DNA of 64,000 nucleotides, taken from the NCBI GenBank assembly GCA_028826165.1, contig JAPDFW010000053.1, positions 186,001 through 250,000 on the forward strand. Reading direction: 5' to 3'. Position 1 is the first letter of the stretch. Each line of letters starts with the position of its first letter. The position numbers and the translations under genes are program-made. Shown here one piece after another: positions 55,931 through 64,000 of this stretch. The notes under the pieces are model-generated. The model made no database searches. It was not told where the DNA came from and saw only the letters and a program-made list of their open reading frames with translations. Origin of the DNA: Anaeramoeba ignava BMAN (Eukaryota > Protista > Anaeramoebae).

Positions 55931-58900
55931 ATGTCAAAAGGAGGAAAAGAAGAATTACCAGATTGGGTTAAAATGCAACAAAAGGTAAAAAATAAATAAA
56001 TAATAAATAAATAATAAAAAAAATAAATTCCAGTTGTTTTATTTTGATCATTATCATTATCATTATTATATTTATTTTTTTTAATTTAAAAAAATTTTTT
56101 TTTTCTTATTGATTTTTTTTTTGCCTTCTTTTTAAATTTTTTAAAAATAAAAAAAATAAAAAAAAATAAAAAATAGACTTTCACTCGTTGGTTTAATAAA
56201 CATTTAAAAAGAGTGAAAGAATCAATAACAGATTTACAAGAAGGACTTGAAGATGGATTAAAATTTATAAAATTTGTTGAATTAGTAACAGAAAAAAAGT
56301 AAGAAAGCAAAAAAAAAATTTTAATTTAATTTTAATTTTAAATTTAATTGAATTTTATAATTTAATTTTAAATTAATTTTATTTTATAAATGAATTTTAA
56401 TTTTATAAATGAATTTTAATTGAATTTTTAATTTAATTTTTTATTTTGTTTTTATTTTAAATAGAATTAATCGATATAATAAAAGACCAAAATTGAGAAT
56501 CCAAAAAATTGAGAATATAAAAATTGCAATGGAACAAATTCAAAATGAAAAAAAATTTCAATTTGCAAGTATTGGACCTGAAGATATTGTTGACAAGAAT
56601 TTAAAACTGATATTAGGATTTGTCTGGACAATCATTATGAAGTGTTCTATTGAAGACATTTCCGTTGAAGAACTAACAGCAAAAGAGGCGTTATTATTAT
56701 GGTGCAAAAAACAAACAGCAGGATATCAAAACGTTAACGTTCGAAATTTCACATCAAGTTGGAAAGATGGCTTAGCATTTGCAGCAATTATTCATCACAA
56801 CAAACCATCGATGCTTGATTTTTATTCGCTAGATCAAAAAAAACCGGCAGAAAATCTCGAAACAGCATTTGAAGCGGCGAACCAATTGGGAATTGACAGG
56901 TTTCTTGATGTTGAAGATATGCTTATTGACATTCCTGATGAAAAAGCTGTCATGGCTTATTTGGCTGAATATTTCCAGTACTTCTCATCTGGTGCTAAAC
57001 AGCAAAACGCTGCGCGAAGAATTGGAAAACTCATGGATTTCACACAAGCAAATGATGAGTTGAAACAGGAATATAACCGCTTGGGAGAGGAATTATTGAA
57101 ATGGATCGAGAAAAAAACCGACGAGTTAAATCAACGAGAATTTCCGAATACAAAGGAAGAAATGGAGAAGTTAATCAGCGAATTTGCGGAATATAAAAAT
57201 CACGAGAAACCTCCAAAGGCAACGGAAAAAATCAATTTGGAAGCACTTTATAATACAATTGCAAGAAAATTGGAAGCGCATCAACGGCCAAAGTTCATCC
57301 CAACTGGGCCGAGCGTTGAGAAGATCCAAGAGAAATGGGACGAACTTGAGGAGGCAGAGAAATTGCGGGGAAAGATCCTGAATGAAGAGCTTGGACGCCA
57401 GGAAAGAATTGAGGGTTTGCTGTCGAATTTCAATAACAAAGTGAAAAAATTGGAACAGTTTCATAAGGATAAAAAAAATTATCTAACTTCACCACATGAA
57501 GTTTCAACACTTATGGCCGCGAATCAAGAACTCAAACGTCTCGATGCGTCGGATGATGAGTATGAGAGAAGCAAGAAGAGACTCGAGGAAGTGAAGGAGA
57601 TTGGCAAGAAAATTGTGGAGGAAAATTACAAAGATAAAGATGAAGTTATTGAAAAAATGAAGGAACTTGATGATAAATGGGATGAATTAAAATCACTTTC
57701 GGAAAAACTTCGTGAGAAGCTCGAGAACGACAAGAAACGCGAAGAGAGAAAGGAGTATTTGAGAAAGAAATGGGGCCAACTTGCAAAGGATTATACCCGT
57801 TGGATTAAGGATGAATCGGATTCAATTCGTGTTTATGAATTCGGTTACACTTTGGAAGCCGTTGAAAAATACAAGTCTCCTATGGAGGAAAATGAGAAGA
57901 ATTACCGCAATCAATCCGATGGAAAATATCAAAAACTCGAGAAATTATGGAAGAAAATGCAAGATATTGGAATCGAAGATAACCGTTATACTGCCTTGAC
58001 TTTGGATGATGTTAAAGACGTTCATAAACAACTTGAAGATGAATTGGAGAAAAGAAATCAAGCGTATAAAAAGGAACTTGAAAGACAGATTGCGATGGAT
58101 GAGAAAAGAAAAGAGTTTGCAAAAGCTGCTGATGATTTCTTGGAATATTTAAAGGAGCATTTGGAAGAAATCAACAAACCAACTGGCGAACCACAACCAC
58201 TTATTGAAGCCATTAAAGGAATTCATCAAGATGGCGCACCAAGTAAGGAAGAACTTGAGAAGGTCATCAAAATTGACCAGGAAATGCGGGAAATGGGAAT
58301 CCCTGATAATAAATACACTGAACACACTGTCGCCTCTCTTGGATCAAAAAGAACCCAAGATATCGATCTCTATGTCGATAATTACATCGCTGCGCTTAAT
58401 GAAGAACACAAACAAAAAGAGCTCTACAAACTCCGCGCAACCAAATGGATCGAAGAAGTTAACGCCATTATTGAAAAATTGCAAGCGTTAAGTTTCGATA
58501 ATACTCTTGAAGATGCTCGCGCTAAAACTGCAGACTTTGCTGAATATATGAGCACTCAACACTCAGAAAAATCCGCACAAAAAACTTTGATCGAAAATCT
58601 TGCAGATGATATCAGCAAGTATTTGAAGGCACAACCTTATAACAGACCCGAATTTGTGTATGAAGATGGATTGTCACTCGAGGATATTGAAGCGAAATGG
58701 AAAGAATTAGAAAAAGAAGAAGCAGATCACAAGAAGAAAATAGACGACGAAGTTAAACGACAAGAATTATGTGATGAACTTCAAAAACGGTTCCATGATC
58801 GCGCAGCAAATCTTCAACGATATATCGATGCCTCATCGCATTATCTCAAGGCAAACGAAGAAATCAAGACTATTAATCTTGCTCAGACTCAAATCAACCG

Positions 58901-61900
58901 ACTGGAAAATTTCAAGAAGGATCTTGAAGAATCAAAGGAACTTGTTAGTGATCTTAAGGAATTAAAGAATCAACTTGAAGAGAATAAATATCATAAAATT
59001 TCCGAAATTGCAGAGAAATTAGAGAAATTAGAAGAAGAATGGAAAGCGTTATCTGGACTTCAAGACGAGAAAAAGAAACGACTTGATGATATTTACGAGA
59101 AAATGGATGAGAAAAGAAAAGAATTTGCAAAAGCTGCTGATGATTTCTTGGAATATTTAAAGAAACATTTGGAAGAAATCAACACACCAACTGGCGAACC
59201 ACAACCACTTATTGAAGCCATTAAAGGAATTCATCAAGACGGCGCACCAAGTAAGGAAGAACTTGAGAAGGTCATCAAAATTGACCAGGAAATGCGGGAA
59301 ATGGAAATCACAGACAATAAATACACTGATCACACTGTCGCCTCATTGTCGTCCAAACGCGCAAGAGATATCGATGGTTATGTCCATAATTACATCTCTG
59401 CATTGAATGAAGAACAACAGCAAAAAGACTTCTACAAACAACGCGCAACCAAATGGATGGAAGATGTTAACGGAATGATCCAAAAATTGCAAGCGTTAAG
59501 TTTCGATAATACTCTTGAAGATGCTCGCGCTAAAACCGCAGACTTTGCTGAATATATCAACACTCAACACTCAGAAAAATCCGCGCAAAAAACAACAATC
59601 GCAAATCTGTCAGACAACATCAACAGCTATCTTAAGCATCAACCTTACAACAGACCCGAATTCGCGCATCCCGAAGGATTATCACCTGATGATCTTGAGA
59701 CAAAATGGAAAGAATTACATCAAGAAGAATCAGAACACAGGAAGAAAATAGACAAAGAACTTAAACGACAAGAAAAATGTGATGAACTTCAAAAACAGTT
59801 CCATAATCGCGCAGCAAATCTCCAACGATATATCGATGCTTCATCGCATTATTTCAATGCGGAAGAAGAAATTCAAACTCTTCAAACTGCCCAAATCCAA
59901 CTTCGTAAGCTTGATAACTCCAAGACAGCACTTGAAAACAGCAAGAGCAACGTTGATAAACTCAAAAAAATTGAGAATGATTTAAAAGAACATAATTATC
60001 ACAAGATTGATGATATTTCTGATGAAATGAATAAATTGGAAAGTGCTTGGAATTCTTTGTTTGAACTTCACGACGCAAAGAAAAAGCGACTTGATGATGC
60101 TCTTGAACGTGAGCAACACAAAGATTCTTTGCGCAGAGAATTTGCCGAGAAGGCTGGCTCATACCGCGTCTGGTTTAGAAAGGCTGGTGCTCAATGCAGA
60201 GACTTTTCTTTCGGCAGATCTCTTGAAGAGGTCAAAGCTTTTAAAGAAAAACTTGATCAAGCAAACCAGGAAATGACAGAGAAATCTCAAGAATTTAAAT
60301 CGGAACTTTCTGATCTTGACCAGAAAATGAAGGAGTTGAATGTTACAGAGAATAGATTCACTCGTATTACTTTGGATGATGTTAATAATTTCAATGATGA
60401 ACTTTTAGGATTGATTAAAAAGAAGAATGATGCTTATGATACTGAGTTAGCACGACAAGAGGCTATGGAAGGTTAATATCTATTAAAATTCAATTTAATT
60501 TAAAAATTTATTTAAAATATTTAAAAATTAATTTAAAAATTTATTAAAATATTTATAAATTTAATTTAAAATTTTATTTAAAAATTTATTTAAAAATTTA
60601 TTTAAAAATTTATTTAATAATTTATTTAATAATTTATTTAATAATTTATTAAAAATTTATTAAAAATTTATTTAAAAATTTAAAATATTTAAAAATAGAA
60701 AAAAGAATCGAATTCGCTAAAGAAGCTGATAATTTCGTTAAACTTCTCAACGAAAAAAAAGAACAATTCGACCAAATCACAGGAGAACCAGAAGAAAAAA
60801 CTGAACAAGTAAACAAAATCTACGAAGAAGGAAAACCAACAGATGAACAATTCACAAAACTTCAACAACTCGACGCAGAAAGTAAAGCAATGAAAATTGT
60901 CCAAAACAAACACACAGAATTGGACATGCAGATCTTAAAAACAAAGAAAAAATGGTACGATAACTTCGTTGCTAATTTACTTGCTTCAATCGAAGAAGAA
61001 AAAAAAATGAAGGAACGTGCTGCTCAACTCCAAAAAGAATGGGAATCTAAAAGAAAGAACGAGGAAATGATCCAGGAATACGCAGCAAAATCACAAGAAC
61101 TTAACTCATGGATCGAGATTGCCACAGAAAAAATGACAGAACCAATAACATCTACAACTCCTCAAGAAAACGAAACCCTTAAGAATGAATATGACCAATT
61201 TTTGCCTCAAAAAGAACCCCGTGAAAATGAATACAAAGAACTCCAAGACCTCGCAAACAAAATGAACGAGGCAGAAATCACGAACTTTTCAGGTTTGCCA
61301 ATCGAAACCGTTGCCGGAAAGTGGAACGAAATTTCGACTTTAATTGAACAAAGAAAAGACGATCTTGAAAAAGATGCTCAAAAACAAGAAGCTCACGAAA
61401 AACTCAGAATCCAATTCGCAGACATGGCAAATGATCTCCATGAATACATGACAAAAACCAAGAAAGACGTTTCAGAGCTTTCAGGCAATCTTGATGATCA
61501 ACTTGAAGTCGTCAAGAAAATCATCAGTGAACTCATTTCCAAAAAATCTGTCATCGATTCACTTACTGATCTTGAATCCGAAATGGAGGCTCAACATATC
61601 AAGCAAAACCCTCATACCGCTCACACCGTCCCTGAAACAAAACAAACATATTCGCAACTTATGGATTTCGCCAACAAACAACAGGACGAAATTACAAATC
61701 AAAATCTCGAATCACAAGGAAAGAAAGTTACCGAACAGCAAATGAAGGAGTTCCGTGAGGTCTTTGACCACTTCGACAAAAACAAATCAGGCTCTCTTGA
61801 TAAACTCGAATTCTCTGGTTGTCTCAAAAGTCTTGGTGAGGATATGAGCGATGAGGAACTTGATAAAGTTTTCCAACAAATTGATACCGATAAATCTGGT

Positions 61901-62137
61901 AAAATTGAATTTGATGAGTTTGTTACTTTTATGGCTTCAAGAACTGTTGATATGGATACTAAAGACCAAATTCTTGAGTCTTTTAGAGACCTTTCTAAAA
62001 CACCGGGAATTATTACTGAGCAAGAATTCCAAGATTATTTCTCAAAAGAACAAATTGAATACTTTAAACAACATATGCCTCAAGAAGGTGATGGTTATAA
62101 TTATGAGAAATGGACTCAAGATGTTTTTGATCGATAA
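55931..62137 (+). CDS. Giant alpha-actinin-like protein (~1873 aa): CH-CH, extended spectrin-repeat rod, EF hands
   Basis: Exons 55931-55984, 56177-56298, 56465-60471 and 60699-62137 join in frame (5622 nt). ABD motifs at the N-terminus; EF hands DKNKSGSLDKLE and DTDKSGKIEFDE; actinin-type C-terminus. Confidence 0.9.
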
Positions 62138-62461
62138 ATTCAATTCAAAACAAACAATTTAAAACAATTTAAAACAATTTAAAAAAATTCAAAATTCAAT
62201 CAAAAAAATTCAAAACAATTTAAAACAATTTAAAACAATTTAAAACAATTTGTACTGGTTTTCTTAACTCAACAGAACAAAAAAAAAACAAATGAACTTT
62301 TTCCGTTTTTTTTTCACTTTTTTTCTTTCTTTCAAAATTTCAAAACAAAACAAAACAAAACAAAACAATTTTTTTTTCAATTCAAAAAAAAAAACAAAAC
62401 TAAAAAAAAAACAAAATTCATTCATTTTTCATTTTTTTCATTTATTTTTTTGCTTTTAAAA

Positions 62462-64000
62462 ATGTTAAGAAAAAGTTCTTCTCAAAAACCTAAAAATACT
62501 CCTTTTAGACAACAAAAACTTAAAGCTTGGCAACCAATTTTAACTCCAAGAATTATTATTCCTTGTAGTTTTATTTTTGGTTTTTTTTTTCTTTTAATTG
62601 GTATTTTACTTGTTGTTTCTGTTAATTCAGTTGTTGAATTTTCAAAAAGATATGATAATCTTTGTGCTGAAGGTGCAAATTGCACTATTACTATTGGTAA
62701 ATAAAGTTTCATTAACCATTCATTTTTTAATTTCAATTTACCATCAATTTTAATTTTATAAATGAATTTTAATTTTAATTTTAATTTTAATTATAATTTT
62801 AATTTTAATTTTAATTTTAATTATAATTTTAATTTTATAAATGAATTTTAATTTTAATTTTAATTTTAATTTTAATTTTAATTTTAATTTTAATTTTAAT
62901 TTTAATATTAATTTTAATTTTAATTTTATTTTTAATTTTAATTTTAATTTTAATTTTAATTTTAATTTTAATTTTAATTTTAATTTTAATTTTAATTTTA
63001 ATTTTATAAATGAATTTTAATTTTAATTTTAATTTTAATTTTAATTTTAATTTTAATTTTAATTTTAATTTTAATTTTAATATTAATTTTAATTTTAATT
63101 TTAATTTTAATTTTAATTTTAATTTTAATTTTAAATGAATAATTTTAATTTTAATTTTAATTTTAATTTTAATTTTAATTTTTAATTTTAATTTTTAATT
63201 TTAAATTTTAATTTTAATTTTAATTTTTAATTTTAATTTTAATTATAATTTTAATTTTAATTTTAATTTTAATTTTAATTTTAATAATTTTAATATTAAT
63301 TTTAATTTTAATTTTAATTTTAATTTTAATTTTAATTTTAATTTTAATTTTAATTTCAATTTTAATTTTAATTTTAATTTCAATTTACCATCAATTTTAA
63401 TTTTAATTTTAATTTTAATTTTAATTTTAATTTTAATTTTAATTTTAAATTTTAATATTAATTTTAATTTTAATTTTAATTTTAATTTTATTTTTAATTT
63501 TATTTTTAATTTTAATTTTAATAATTGATGATTTAGATATTTCAAAAAAGATGAAACATCCTGTATATTTTTATTATGAATTAACAAATTTTTATCAAAA
63601 TCATCGAAGATATGTAAAATCACGATGTGATGAACAACTTAGAGGTCAAAGTGTTACTTATAATGATATGAAAGATTGTAAACCAAAAAGATCAAGAAAT
63701 GATAAAGATAATCCTGATGATTTTTATTTACCTTGTGGTTTAATAGCTGCTTCAAATTTTAATGGTAATTTAATTTTTTTTATAAATTCTTTTTCATTTA
63801 AATATTAAAATTTAAAATTTAAATTAAATTTAAAAAGATACTTTTACAATTAAAAATCAAGCTTCAGAAGTTGTTGGATTTGATTCATCAGGAATTGCTT
63901 GGAAATCTGATTTAGAAAAAAAATTTAAAGTAGAATCAAAATCCAAACTCAAATTCAAAATCAAAATTAAATACAAAATTAAATTCAATTCAAAATTAAA
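62462..64000 (+). CDS. CDC50: CDC50/LEM3 family P4-ATPase beta subunit, 5' part
   Basis: KPKNTPFRQQKLKAWQPILTP, TM segment, PVYFYYELTNFYQNHRRYVKSR, PCGLIAASNFN|DTF, GIAWKSD. Intron ~62697-63536 is (TTTTAA)n. Runs off the window end. Confidence 0.93.

Overview
Extremely AT-rich, intron-containing eukaryotic DNA using the standard genetic code. It is probably from an anaerobic amoeboid protist; my inference is Anaeramoeba-like/metamonad, from gene content, an Inr-like TCATTTT motif and the BTB expansion. About 21 genes: two cAMP-receptor-like GPCRs, a BTB-coiled-coil-armadillo gene, a bacterial-type NimA/PNPOx flavoprotein, PRP22, ankyrin-BTB-BTB, two BTB-BACK-TLDc paralogs, a hypothetical gene, Rab32-like, a VPS9 GEF, PB1-UBA, a saposin-like protein, RPS20, RCC1-BTB-BTB, a TKL kinase, SLU7, ankyrin-DHHC, kelch, a CH-CH-only protein, a giant alpha-actinin and CDC50. 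Many introns are filled with simple repeats. Several single-base frameshifts in homopolymers look like long-read assembly errors. The main discovery is missed by the ORF track. The ~290-bp tandem repeat at 5.5-12 kb is an array of 22 symmetric phase-1 cassette exons, each encoding one armadillo repeat, nearly invariant in the scaffold and hypervariable at groove residues. The array lies downstream of a BTB exon. A second BTB gene carries ~28 ankyrin repeats diversified in the same way. Together with the paired BTB-TLDc genes, this suggests a diversified, antibody-like Cullin-3 substrate-receptor repertoire. All coordinates, counts and translations were made by eye.
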